Of a DNA stretch of 64,000 bases, positions 19,491 through 28,984 are shown piece after piece. Source of the stretch: Verrucomicrobiia bacterium (GTDB lineage Bacteria; Verrucomicrobiota; Verrucomicrobiia; Limisphaerales; UBA1100); NCBI GenBank assembly GCA_014239365.1, contig JAAZZB010000044.1:133320-197319 (forward strand), given 5' to 3'. Each line of letters opens with the position of its first letter. Position 1 is the first letter of the stretch. Below the pieces are notes generated by a model. It had not been told where the DNA came from, did no database searches, and worked only from the letters and a program-made list of their open reading frames with translations. The translations under genes were made by a program, and so were the position numbers.

Positions 19491-20987
19491 TTATGGAAGC
19501 GGATTGGGCGCGTCGGGCAAAGGCACGGGTTTTCCGGTGCGCTTATCTGTAGGCATTTGCGCGTTGGTCTCGCGCAGAAATGCCGCCAATTGACCGGCAA
19601 GCGCCCGGGCTTTGGCCGGATTCTCCGCGGCAAGGTTGGTGCGTTCACCAAGGTCATCGCTTAAATTGAACAACTCCCGTTTACGCGTGGCGTGGTTGTA
19701 AATCAGTTTCCAGTCGCCCTGCCGAATGCTCGAATACGGCGATTGTCCGTTGGAGGTATTCGGAAAATGCCAATAGATGGGGCGGGTTTGTTTTTTGTTG
19801 TGCACGCCACTGAGCATCGGCACAAAGCTCACGCCATCGATGGGGCCTGCGGATTGGGTAAATTTTTTTACGCCGGCCATCGCGAGTACCGTTGGGAAAA
19901 CATCCTCAATGATGACATAGCGGTCACAGATTGTACTCGCCTTCGTGACGCCCGGCCAATCGACAATCAACGGCACGCGTATGCCGCCCTCGTACGGCTG
20001 CCCCTTGCGCCCGCGCAAGGGAAGGTTCGGCGGCATTCCCGGCGGCGATCCGTTGTCGGACATAAACACGACAATCGTGTTATCCGCAATCCCGTGGCGT
20101 TTGAGATTTGCGATGACGTCGCCCAGCGATTTATCCATTCCCTCGATCATCGAGGCAAATACCGCACCACGCCCCTTCAGCCCGGCCTTGAGATATTTAT
20201 CAATAAACCGCGCATCCTTTTCGAACGGAGCATGGATCGCGTAATGCGACAGATACAAATAAAACGGCTTGCCCGCTTTCACCGCCGCATCCATCGCGCG
20301 ATTGGCCTCGAGCGTCAGCGCTTCGGTGAGGTTCACATCCGTGCCGTGATATTTTTCCAAACCCGGCACATCCCAAACGCGACTGCCTTTGCGAAAGGCG
20401 GCGCTATAATTATTTTTGCCGTGATAACTCCCCGGCCCGCCCCGTGCGTGGCCGGCAATGTTGACATCGAACCCAAGATTTTTCGGTTCCTCCCCCGGCG
20501 TTCCCTTCGCGCCAAAGTGCGCTTTGCCCACGTGAATCGTGCGATACCCCGCCTTCTGCAGCAAAGCCGGCAGAGTTGTGGCCACCAATGCACGCGGCGT
20601 GCCCGGAGCCATACACATCCCATTCAGATTCCACGCGGGCGCCTGCATCGTGGCGTGCCCGCGGTCCGGCCCCTTGTCTTTTTGCAGCGTCCACGTCGTC
20701 ACCCGATGGCGCGCCGCGTTCATCCCCGTCATCAAACTAATCCGCGAAGGCGAGCATATCGCGCACGCATACGCTTGGGTGAACTTCATCCCCCGGTCGG
20801 CCAGCAATTCAATATTCGGTGTGTGATATAATTGATTGAGTTTTGTTTTCTCTTTCCAAAACGGTTCTGAAGTATCCTGCGAACCCATATCATCGACGAA
20901 GAAGAACACAATATTCGGCTGGGCGGCGGCGACGGAATTCACCACAGAGGCACAGAGGACACAGAGGGAAATAAGTATACTTTTCAT
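19491..20987 (-). CDS. Sulfatase (formylglycine type)
   Basis: Signal peptide MKSILISLCVLCASVVNS and PNIVFFFVDDMG. FGly motif CAICSPSRISLMTGM. Confidence 0.9.
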   Translation of the reverse strand: MKSILISLCVLCASVVNSVAAAQPNIVFFFVDDMGSQDTSEPFWKEKTKLNQLYHTPNIELLADRGMKFTQAYACAICSPSRISLMTGMNAARHRVTTWTLQKDKGPDRGHATMQAPAWNLNGMCMAPGTPRALVATTLPALLQKAGYRTIHVGKAHFGAKGTPGEEPKNLGFDVNIAGHARGGPGSYHGKNNYSAAFRKGSRVWDVPGLEKYHGTDVNLTEALTLEANRAMDAAVKAGKPFYLYLSHYAIHAPFEKDARFIDKYLKAGLKGRGAVFASMIEGMDKSLGDVIANLKRHGIADNTIVVFMSDNGSPPGMPPNLPLRGRKGQPYEGGIRVPLIVDWPGVTKASTICDRYVIIEDVFPTVLAMAGVKKFTQSAGPIDGVSFVPMLSGVHNKKQTRPIYWHFPNTSNGQSPYSSIRQGDWKLIYNHATRKRELFNLSDDLGERTNLAAENPAKARALAGQLAAFLRETNAQMPTDKRTGKPVPLPDAPNPLP

Positions 20988-20994
20988 TTTTTTG

Positions 20995-21090
20995 AACCGC
21001 AGATTACACAGATTAACGCAGATTTAATAAAACCTGACCCGTTGGAATTCTCCGCAAAATAATCTGCGCTCATCTGTGCAATCTGCGGTT
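20995..21090. repeat. Inverted repeat built from triple CRCAGATTA 9-mers (family C)
   Basis: The left arm AACCGCAGATTACACAGATTAACGCAGATT (20995-21024) matches the reverse complement of the right arm AATCTGCGCTCATCTGTGCAATCTGCGGTT (21061-21090) at 27 of 30 positions, with a 36-nt loop. Lies between two co-directional sulfatase genes. Confidence 0.8.
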
Positions 21091-21113
21091 AATGTAGTTT
21101 CAAAAAACTATGG

Positions 21114-22676
21114 TTAATCTTTAGGCACAAGGCTGCTCCACCAGTTTTTGTTGGGTTTGAAGTCGGGCTTCAAATAATTTGCGGCGCGGTTTTCGAGGCC
21201 TTTCAGTCCGCCGGTGCTGGCCCCTTGGATTTGTTTTTTCTTTTGTTCCGGATTGAAGCGGTCATCAGCGGTGGGGATGCGGGCTCCGGTTTCTTTTAGC
21301 CACGCGTTGAGTTTTGCCCGCAGGGCTTTGGCTGTTTTGGGTTGGGACGCGGCGAGGTCGGTTTCTTCGCCGATGTCTTTGGTGAGGTTGTAGAGTTCAT
21401 CGCGGCCGTCTTCGTAATAGTGGATGAGTTTGAAGTTACCGGAGCGAATGATGGATGAGGGTTCGCCGCCTTGGTTGCCGTAGTGCGGGTAATGCCAAAA
21501 GAGATCGCGCTTGGCGAGGGTGCCGCCTTTGAATAGCGGCACAAGGCTGAGACCGTCGACGTGTTGGCGCGGCTGCAGCGGCAAGCCGGCGAGGTCGAGA
21601 ATGGTTGGGAAGAAATCCGTGCCGGTGACGGGCGTGGCGTGGGTGGAGCCGGGCGCGGTGAGGTTGGGGACGTGAATGTAAAATGGCTGGCGAATGCCGC
21701 CTTCCCATTGGCGTCCTTTGCCGCCGCGCATGGGCAGGCACGAGGTGGCGAAGGCGTCGCCGGAGGAAACGCCGCCGTTGTCGGAGGTGAAAATGACGAC
21801 GGTGTTTTTGTCCAAACCGAGGTCGCGCAGTTTTTTCATCACGATGCCCACGGCGTTGTCGAGCGATTCCATCATGCCTGCGTAAATCGGATTGTCCTGC
21901 ACTTGCCGCACGCCTTTGGTGCGATCGAATTTGAATCGTGCTTTCGCCAAGCCATTCGCTGCAGCTTTCTTTTGATATTTTGTCCAAAGCGGCTGCGTGG
22001 TTTGGATGGGGCCGTGCACGGAGTAAAACGAAAGGTACGCAAAAAATTTTCGGTCCTTGTTTGCCTCGATGAACGAAGCGGTTTCATTCGCCAACCGAAT
22101 CGGCAACGATTCCCCCTTCGGACCGCTTTTCATTTTGGGGTTGGTATAGGGCGAGAAAAATCCGCCCGGAGGTGAGCCGCGATGGTGGCCGCCGATGTTG
22201 ATATCAAATCCGTGATCTTCGGGGAATGATCCCGCGCCGCCGAGATGCCATTTGCCGGCGAAAAAAGTTTTGTAGCCGCCCGCGCGCATGGCCTCGGCGA
22301 GGGTGGTGTCCTCTTTAGGCAAAGCGTGGGTGTACGCCGCCGGTAGCACACGGTCATTGCGCCGCCAATTTTTCCCCGTCTGCGCGCCGATCCAATCGGT
22401 GATTTTGTTCCGCGCCGGATACGTGCCGAGCATAATGCTCGCGCGCGATGGGCTGCACACTTGGCAAGTGGAATAGCCATTTGAAAACCGCATCCCACTC
22501 TGGGCAAGCGCATCGATGTGCGGCGTCTCATGGAATTTGCTGCCCTCGCAACTCATATCCTGTTTGCCCAAATCATCCACGAGGATGAAAACGAAATTGA
22601 GCTTGGAGGACTTAGCGGCCCAAGCCGGAAAGGCGAGGATGCACAACAGTAACGCAAAGAGAATTTGTTTTGTCAT
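21114..22676 (-). CDS. Sulfatase (formylglycine type)
   Basis: Signal peptide MTKQILFALLLCILAFPAWA and NFVFILVDDLG. FGly motif CQVCSPSRASIMLGTY. Confidence 0.9.
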   Translation of the reverse strand: MTKQILFALLLCILAFPAWAAKSSKLNFVFILVDDLGKQDMSCEGSKFHETPHIDALAQSGMRFSNGYSTCQVCSPSRASIMLGTYPARNKITDWIGAQTGKNWRRNDRVLPAAYTHALPKEDTTLAEAMRAGGYKTFFAGKWHLGGAGSFPEDHGFDINIGGHHRGSPPGGFFSPYTNPKMKSGPKGESLPIRLANETASFIEANKDRKFFAYLSFYSVHGPIQTTQPLWTKYQKKAAANGLAKARFKFDRTKGVRQVQDNPIYAGMMESLDNAVGIVMKKLRDLGLDKNTVVIFTSDNGGVSSGDAFATSCLPMRGGKGRQWEGGIRQPFYIHVPNLTAPGSTHATPVTGTDFFPTILDLAGLPLQPRQHVDGLSLVPLFKGGTLAKRDLFWHYPHYGNQGGEPSSIIRSGNFKLIHYYEDGRDELYNLTKDIGEETDLAASQPKTAKALRAKLNAWLKETGARIPTADDRFNPEQKKKQIQGASTGGLKGLENRAANYLKPDFKPNKNWWSSLVPKD

Positions 22677-22776
22677 TGGTCGAGCCGCAGACTACGGGAT
22701 TGGTGGCGAAACAAAAGGCGAAAAGCGGGAACGAGGCGGCGTGGGGATTTTGCCGTCCGGATTAAAAGAGTGCGTT

Positions 22777-24540
22777 TCATTTTTTATGAACCTGCTTGAT
22801 GTGGCTGTAGTAGGGAGCGGTGATGTCGTTTCCGTTTGAGTCGAGGAACATTGCCTTGATGGTTGCGGGGCCTTTGGTTGCGGAAAACCGCAGGGTAATC
22901 TTGGTTTGGCCGGGCTGGGCTTTTGCCTGTTGAACTTTGCCGGCGACGATGACCTTGACCGAGTGGATGGGCAGGGCCTTTCCCCGGGGGCCGGTTCGGT
23001 TGACGTAGACGGGTCGGCCGGCGAGGAGCACGGCTTCGTGCGGCTCGACGGTGAGGGTGGCGTCCAATGGCTGGTTCAGCTCGGGCGCCCAGCGGCGGAA
23101 TTCGATTTCGTAGGTTCCGGTGTGCAGAAAATGAACGGGCCAGGTGGGTCGATGTTTCTTTCCTGTCAGGATGTGGCCTTGTTGCCAGAAGGCGGGGGTG
23201 CGGAAGGTCAGCGGTTCGCTGGATGTTTCGCCGACGTAAATCGGCCGCAAGCTTTTCCAGGCGGTTGTGGCGATGTCGGCTTTGAATGCCTTGGAATGTT
23301 TTTCGAGGGCGGCCACGAGTTCGGGGTGCTTTCCGGCCACGTCCCTTTCCTGCCTCGGATCGTCGTCCAGATTCGAGAGCTTTCCGTTGAGCAATCGCCA
23401 GCGGCCTTTCATTATCGCGCTCCTGCTTTTATTATGAAGCACGACCACTCGGTTGCTCCACTTGGGATCGGAGGATTTTTCTCCGCCGGTCAGCAGCGGG
23501 GCCAGGGAGATGCCGTCAAAGGGCAGGCCCGGCAGGGCTGGTTTTTTCAAATGACACCAATCGATGAAGGTGGGCAGCCAGTCCATGTGGGCGGTGAGAG
23601 CCGACACTTCGCGTTTCTTGTCCAGCCCTCCTTTCGGCCAGTGGATGAAACAGGGCACCCGGTGGCCGTGTTCTTCAAGGCTCCCCTTGGTTCCGCGATG
23701 CCCGCCGTTGTGCATCTTAACCGATTCTTTGCAGGACGAACCGTTGTCGGTCGTGAAAACCAGAATCGTGTTTTCATCCAGCTTCCGTTCTTTCAGAAAC
23801 GCCCGCAGGCGGCCGACGTTGTAATCGATTCGGGAAACCGTTGCGCAAAAATCCGCGAGGTCTCCCCGGACGCTTGGGTAGGCATCGGTCCATTCCTTCG
23901 GAACGTTTCGTGGGTTATGCGGCGCAAAGGTGGGCAGATAAATGAAGAACGGCGAATCCTTGCGCACAGTCTCGATGTAGCGCATGGCCTCCGTAAAAAG
24001 AACGTCCGCGGTGCATCCCTTGTAGCGAACCCATTTCCCGTTGCGCAACATTGTGTCGTTGAACTTCGCGTTCCTCCAGTAGTCGCCGATTGTCCCCGGC
24101 CCGCCGCCCGGCACCGTCAAAGTCTCTTCAAAACCGCGATACCCCGGCGAGTACCTGCAGCCGTCGCCGATATGCCATTTGCCAAACAAAGCGGTTTGAT
24201 ATCCCGACGCCTTGAAATAATCGGCCATAGTCGGCACGTCGGTTCGCAGAATATCCTTTCGAGTGGTGGTCATCGTGACCCCCGTCCGCGCCGGGTTCAG
24301 CCCCGACATCAAAGCCGCGCGCGTCGGGCTGCAAAACGTGTGCACGTGAAAGTCGCGCAACTGCACCGCCTCACCCGCAAGCCGATCAAGGTGCGGGGTT
24401 TTGATGACGGGATGCCCCGTGCAGCCCAAATCTCCGTACCCCTGATCATCCGTCATAATAAAAATAACATTCGGCGACCCCGCCCAAGCCGTGAGGGCAA
24501 CAGCGGACAACAAGAAAGCGGTGAGGATTTGTTTTTTCAT
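22777..24540 (-). CDS. Sulfatase with ~130-aa C-terminal extra domain
   Basis: The ATG at 24540 gives MKKQILTAFLLSAVALTAWA, followed by PNVIFIMTDDQGYGDLG. FGly motif FCSPTRAALMSGL. The extra beta-rich C-terminus is of unknown family. Confidence 0.9.
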   Translation of the reverse strand: MKKQILTAFLLSAVALTAWAGSPNVIFIMTDDQGYGDLGCTGHPVIKTPHLDRLAGEAVQLRDFHVHTFCSPTRAALMSGLNPARTGVTMTTTRKDILRTDVPTMADYFKASGYQTALFGKWHIGDGCRYSPGYRGFEETLTVPGGGPGTIGDYWRNAKFNDTMLRNGKWVRYKGCTADVLFTEAMRYIETVRKDSPFFIYLPTFAPHNPRNVPKEWTDAYPSVRGDLADFCATVSRIDYNVGRLRAFLKERKLDENTILVFTTDNGSSCKESVKMHNGGHRGTKGSLEEHGHRVPCFIHWPKGGLDKKREVSALTAHMDWLPTFIDWCHLKKPALPGLPFDGISLAPLLTGGEKSSDPKWSNRVVVLHNKSRSAIMKGRWRLLNGKLSNLDDDPRQERDVAGKHPELVAALEKHSKAFKADIATTAWKSLRPIYVGETSSEPLTFRTPAFWQQGHILTGKKHRPTWPVHFLHTGTYEIEFRRWAPELNQPLDATLTVEPHEAVLLAGRPVYVNRTGPRGKALPIHSVKVIVAGKVQQAKAQPGQTKITLRFSATKGPATIKAMFLDSNGNDITAPYYSHIKQVHKK

Positions 24541-24579
24541 TTTATTCTCTGTGTATTCAGCGGTTAAACTGATTTCCAA

Positions 24580-26004
24580 TCACTTGCGCACTTGCTGAAT
24601 TCCATTGGGTTTGCGATTGGCTTCGGCGATGCGCGTGTGCAGGCGTTTTGACAATTCTGTTACGGTGTTTTTGTGCGCGGCTTTTTTGGCGAGGTTTTTC
24701 ATTTCGGTGGGGTCGGTGGTGTGGTCGTATAGTTCCGCGCCGTCGCTGCCTTTTGCGCCCCATTCGGTGTAGCGATAGCGTCCTGTGTAAAGGCTGTAGC
24801 CGGTGGCGTATTGTGTTAATGCATCGCGGCGCGGCGTGGCGCGGAGGTTTCGCAGCGTGGGTGCGAGGCTCACGCCGGACAAATGTTTCGGCAGCGGCAA
24901 CCCGCACAACTCGGCGAGCGTCGGATAAAAATCAACCATCTCCACCGGCATCGCAGTGGCCTTTCCGGCGGTGACCATTTTGGGCGTGGCGATGATGAGC
25001 GGCACGCGTGCGGCGTTTTCGAAGAGCGTGGTTTTTTGATAATGCCCGTGCTCGCCCATATGATAACCGTGATCGGAAGTGAACACGACGACGGTGTTCT
25101 TGGCGAGGCCGGTGCGGTCGAGCGCCTCGAGGATGCGGCCCACTTGAGCGTCGGCAAAGCTGATGGACGCGTAGTACGCCTGAATCGCCTCCCGCGCGAG
25201 TGAGTCTTTCAGGTTCACTTGTTCCCGCTTGCGGGTGATCGTCTTTCGCGCAGCCGCGGGCAACGTGTCGAGGTAACCTTTCGGCATCGTCGGCACCACA
25301 ATTTTTTCCAGCGGATACATTTCAAAATAATTCTTCGGCGCAACAAAGGGCGTGTGCGGCCGGTACAAACCCACCGCCATAAAAAACGGCTGCTTCTTTT
25401 TGGCAAACTGCTCCAGCCGCTTGGCCGCTTCCGTGGCAGCGATGCCGTCGGTTTGTTCTTCATCCGTTCCATCGGCAGCAAGCCAACTGAGCGTGCCGCC
25501 GTAGCTGCCCTTCCGCAGCGTGAAGACTTTTGCCTCATCGGTTTTATCCCGCCCGCGGGGATTGAAGGTATGCGACCATGAAGCCGGATCGTCGTGGCCG
25601 TCGTTGCCAATATCTTTCGGCACGTTGTAATGATAAATCTTGCCGATGCGCGTGGCGTCGTAGCCGTGGTTTTTGAAATGCTGCGACATCGTCACCACAT
25701 CGGGCAGGTGTTTGCGAATGAGAATGGCGTTGCGATGGATGAGCGATTGATCCGGATAAAGCCCCGTCATAAACGAAGCCCGGCTCGGCCCGCACAATGG
25801 GTACTGACAATACGCCCGCTCAAACCGCACCCCGCGCTTGGCCAAGCGATCAATATTCGGCGTGCGCACCTGCGGATGCCCGTAACTCCCGATATCGCAA
25901 TTGAGGTCATCACAAATCAGGAACAGGACATTTGTATTTTCCGCCGCAACCGAGCCAAAGTTCAAGAGCAACGCCGTGCAAACCGTAATAAATAATTGCT
26001 TCAT
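24580..26004 (-). CDS. Sulfatase (iduronate-2-sulfatase-like)
   Basis: The ATG at 26004 gives MKQLFITVCTALLLNFGSVAA, followed by NVLFLICDDLN. FGly motif CGPSRASFMTGLYPD. Confidence 0.9.
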   Translation of the reverse strand: MKQLFITVCTALLLNFGSVAAENTNVLFLICDDLNCDIGSYGHPQVRTPNIDRLAKRGVRFERAYCQYPLCGPSRASFMTGLYPDQSLIHRNAILIRKHLPDVVTMSQHFKNHGYDATRIGKIYHYNVPKDIGNDGHDDPASWSHTFNPRGRDKTDEAKVFTLRKGSYGGTLSWLAADGTDEEQTDGIAATEAAKRLEQFAKKKQPFFMAVGLYRPHTPFVAPKNYFEMYPLEKIVVPTMPKGYLDTLPAAARKTITRKREQVNLKDSLAREAIQAYYASISFADAQVGRILEALDRTGLAKNTVVVFTSDHGYHMGEHGHYQKTTLFENAARVPLIIATPKMVTAGKATAMPVEMVDFYPTLAELCGLPLPKHLSGVSLAPTLRNLRATPRRDALTQYATGYSLYTGRYRYTEWGAKGSDGAELYDHTTDPTEMKNLAKKAAHKNTVTELSKRLHTRIAEANRKPNGIQQVRK

Positions 26005-26129
26005 AGAGGCGCAAAGTGTGTCAGCATTCAATCGTTCTCACGACCAAAAACAGCATTTTCAAACCTGAAAAAAGTGTAAGCAAAGTTTTCGGGTTGACTA
26101 AAAGGCTCTAATGTGCCACATTGTGCCAC

Positions 26130-26360
26130 GTGAAAGAAGCCGTTGTTAGAGCCCGTGTGGACAGTCAATTGAAGGAAGATTCCGAGGCTGTTCTGGCGAA
26201 GCTGGGAATTTCCACCACGGAGGCGATTCGAATGTTTTTGTCGCAAGTACGCCTGCGTAAGGGAATGCCCTTCCCGCTTTCCATTCCCACTACGGATGAC
26301 GATCTGCTCGCGCCGGCACCGCATCGACAGGTTGTCTTGGATGAGTTCTATGACGACTAA
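26130..26360 (+). CDS. RelB/DinJ-family antitoxin
   Basis: The GTG at 26130 gives KEAVVRARVDSQLKEDSEAVLAKLGISTTEAIRMFLSQVRLRKGMPFPL. This is colinear with the DinJ ribbon-helix-helix pattern (VRARIDEDLK...GLTISD...ALPF). Two TGTGCCAC direct repeats (26112-26119 and 26122-26129) sit at the start region. Confidence 0.75.
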   Translation: MKEAVVRARVDSQLKEDSEAVLAKLGISTTEAIRMFLSQVRLRKGMPFPLSIPTTDDDLLAPAPHRQVVLDEFYDD

Positions 26361-26667
26361 GCCCGGAGATGTCTACCGCGTGGATTTGGGCATGGCCGCC
26401 AAGGTGCGGCTGATGGTGGTGGTGTCACGCGAAGATGACGATGCGCCCCGGGCTTTGGCGTTGTGCGCGCCGGTCACCACGGCATTTCGCGAAAGCGCGT
26501 ATGAAGTCGCCTTGCCGAAGCTGCCTTTTCTCCGGACGCAAAGTTTTGTGAATCTCCAAGGCACCCAGCCCATTCGCCACCATGAACTTACCCAAAGAGT
26601 GGGAAAAATTGATGCTGATAGTTCGGAGAAAATACGGGGCGCGTTGCGGTTTACGTTTGGATTATAA
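26350..26667 (+). CDS. PemK/MazF-like toxin
   Basis: MTTKPGDVYRVDLGMAAKVRLMVVVSRED...CAPVTTAFRESAYEVALP...QSFVNLQGTQPIRHHELTQRVGKI fits the MazF/PemK pattern: PxxGDV, basic residue plus hydrophobic strand, P-T/S motif, and a late specificity loop. Overlaps the antitoxin stop. An alternative ATG is at 26341. Confidence 0.7.
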   Translation: MTTKPGDVYRVDLGMAAKVRLMVVVSREDDDAPRALALCAPVTTAFRESAYEVALPKLPFLRTQSFVNLQGTQPIRHHELTQRVGKIDADSSEKIRGALRFTFGL

Positions 26668-26693
26668 TTGCCCTCCACGCTGCGGCGTAAACT

Positions 26694-28244
26694 TTATTTC
26701 GGCAAGGCCGGGGCGTCGAAGTGTTTGCGGAGGCGATGAAATTCTTTGGTCATCGCTGCGCGTGTTTTGGCGTAGTCGTGTTTGGCGTGGACGCTTTTCA
26801 TTTCGTTCGGATCAGTTTTCAAATCGAAGAGATTCCATTCTTTGCTGCGCGGGAAATACATCAGTTTGTGGCGCGCGGTGCGGACGCCGAAGTGTTGGGG
26901 CACGGCGTGTTCGCCGAGTTCGTAATAGGCGTAGTACAGCGACTCGCGCCAGTCGACGGCCTCGCCGGAGAAGAGGGGCACGAGCGATCGGCCCTGCACT
27001 TCGGCGGGTGTTTTGAGGCCGGCGATTTCGAGGAAGGTGGGCGCGTAGTCGATGTTTTGGATGAGCTGCGTGGGCTTCGAGCCTGCCGCAATGTGGCCGG
27101 GCCAACGGGCGAGGAAGGGCATTCGGAAGGATTCCTCGAACATCCAGCGCTTGTCGTACCAGCCGTGTTCGCCCAGGAAAAATCCCTGATCGGATGAGTA
27201 AATGACGATGGTGTTTTTCGCGAGGCCGTGGTCGTCGAGATACTTGAGCATTCGCCCCACGCTTTCGTCCACCGCTTTCACGGTGCCGAGGTAGTTGCGC
27301 ATATAACGCCGATACTTCCAGCGCACCATCTCTTTGTGGCTCATTTTGCCGGTGCCATATTCGGCAAGAAACGCCTGATTGCGCGGCGCGAAATGCGCGT
27401 CCCACTTTGCCTTTTGCGCGGGCGTCATTCGGTTGTATTCCGGCGTGCCGTAGCGGTCGGGTTTGGGCAGCTTCACCGTGCCGCGTTCGTCCTTGCGCAC
27501 CTTGGCGTCGTACGCCCAGTCGAAGTGGCGGTCGATTTCCATTTCGTTTTTCGCCAAGGTAGCGCTGCGATTTTTGTATTCATCAAACAAAGACTTCGGC
27601 TCGGGAATCGTCACCTCCTCAAACGCATCCAAATGCCGTAACGCCGGCGCAAACGTCCGGTGCGGCGCCTTGTGCTGGCACATCAGAAAAAACGGTTTCG
27701 CTTTAGCCGCACCCTTGCGGCCTTCCAACCACGCGATCGCTTTGTCCGTCGTCAAGTCCGTTGCATAACCCTCAAAGCGTTTGCCCTTGCCATCCATTTG
27801 GATAAACACTGGATTATAATAATTGCCTTGCCCCGGCAAAATTTCCCAATGATCAAACCCCACCGGCCGTGTCTTAAGATGCCACTTGCCGATCACCGCC
27901 GTGTGATAGCCGCCCGCTTGCAAGGCCTTGGCCACCGTCCATTGGCTTTGATCAAACCCCTTGCCCGTGTTGCGCATAAAGCCATTTTTATGACTATGCT
28001 TCCCCGTAAGAATCGTCGCGCGCGATGGCCCGCAGATTGAGTTCGCACAAAACGAATTCACAAACACCGCCCCCTCCTTCGCCAAGCGATCAATGTGCGG
28101 CGTCGGCGCCACCTTCGCCAACGGCCCGCCATACGCCGAAATCGATTTAACCGCGTGATCGTCCGAAAACAAAAACAGGATGTTAGGCCGGTCTGCAGCC
28201 GACACGCCAATGGACAGCAGTAATAAAAGGAGTACGGGCTTCAT
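26694..28244 (-). CDS. Sulfatase (formylglycine type)
   Basis: The ATG at 28244 gives MKPVLLLLLLSIGVSAA, followed by PNILFLFSDDH. FGly motif CGPSRATILTGK. Confidence 0.9.
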   Translation of the reverse strand: MKPVLLLLLLSIGVSAADRPNILFLFSDDHAVKSISAYGGPLAKVAPTPHIDRLAKEGAVFVNSFCANSICGPSRATILTGKHSHKNGFMRNTGKGFDQSQWTVAKALQAGGYHTAVIGKWHLKTRPVGFDHWEILPGQGNYYNPVFIQMDGKGKRFEGYATDLTTDKAIAWLEGRKGAAKAKPFFLMCQHKAPHRTFAPALRHLDAFEEVTIPEPKSLFDEYKNRSATLAKNEMEIDRHFDWAYDAKVRKDERGTVKLPKPDRYGTPEYNRMTPAQKAKWDAHFAPRNQAFLAEYGTGKMSHKEMVRWKYRRYMRNYLGTVKAVDESVGRMLKYLDDHGLAKNTIVIYSSDQGFFLGEHGWYDKRWMFEESFRMPFLARWPGHIAAGSKPTQLIQNIDYAPTFLEIAGLKTPAEVQGRSLVPLFSGEAVDWRESLYYAYYELGEHAVPQHFGVRTARHKLMYFPRSKEWNLFDLKTDPNEMKSVHAKHDYAKTRAAMTKEFHRLRKHFDAPALPK

Positions 28245-28294
28245 TTGCGCCAAGCTATCATATCGTTGCCGGCGTGGGAATCTTGAAGGCTGAC

Positions 28295-28978
28295 TTATCT
28301 GCGGATCGTGCAGCCGGGCAGTGCTTTGCGCAAGTTATCGACTTCCTCATCGGGCAATGCCTTGATGTTCATGAGGATCACTTCATCGAGCTTCTTCAAG
28401 CCCAGTAGCGGCTCCAAGCTGGTGATTCGATTGGTGTTTGCGCCGTAGGGGTTATTGCCGATGCTGAGAAACTTGAGATTGTTCAGCTTGCTCAAGTGTT
28501 TCAACTGCTCATCGGTGAGTTTGTTGTCCGTTAACGTCAAATGATTCAGCTTCGTTAAACCGGCCAATGGGGAGAGGTTTGCGATGTTGTTTTGCGATAG
28601 CCGCAGCTGGGTCAGGTTTTTCAATTCGGCCAACGGCTTCAGGTCGCTGATGCCACATCCAGAGAGGTCTAGTCGCTCCAGCTTGGCCAACTTCGCCAAC
28701 GGCGTGAAATCGTCAATCTTTTGCTGACGGCTCAAGCTGAGCATCCAGAGATTGGGCAACGATTCCAAAGGCGACAGATCATACACATCCTTTCCCAAAA
28801 TTGTCCGGCCCAGAATCAGGCTCTCCACCTTGGCGAGGTTTTCCTTCGTGAATCCGCCTTTGCCAATCTGCCGATTCACTACCTCCCCGATGGGTCCGTC
28901 TATTTCGACCGCGGATTCATGGTTGCTACAGCTGGCGAAGGCCAAGGTTAGTAACAGCCCAATCATGTGTTCTTTCAT
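28295..28978 (-). CDS. Leucine-rich-repeat lipoprotein
   Basis: Lipobox LLTLAFASC. About seven 22-aa LRR units (LxxLxxLxLsxNxIxDLxPLa). Confidence 0.8.
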   Translation of the reverse strand: MKEHMIGLLLTLAFASCSNHESAVEIDGPIGEVVNRQIGKGGFTKENLAKVESLILGRTILGKDVYDLSPLESLPNLWMLSLSRQQKIDDFTPLAKLAKLERLDLSGCGISDLKPLAELKNLTQLRLSQNNIANLSPLAGLTKLNHLTLTDNKLTDEQLKHLSKLNNLKFLSIGNNPYGANTNRITSLEPLLGLKKLDEVILMNIKALPDEEVDNLRKALPGCTIRR

Positions 28979-28984
28979 AGAGCT

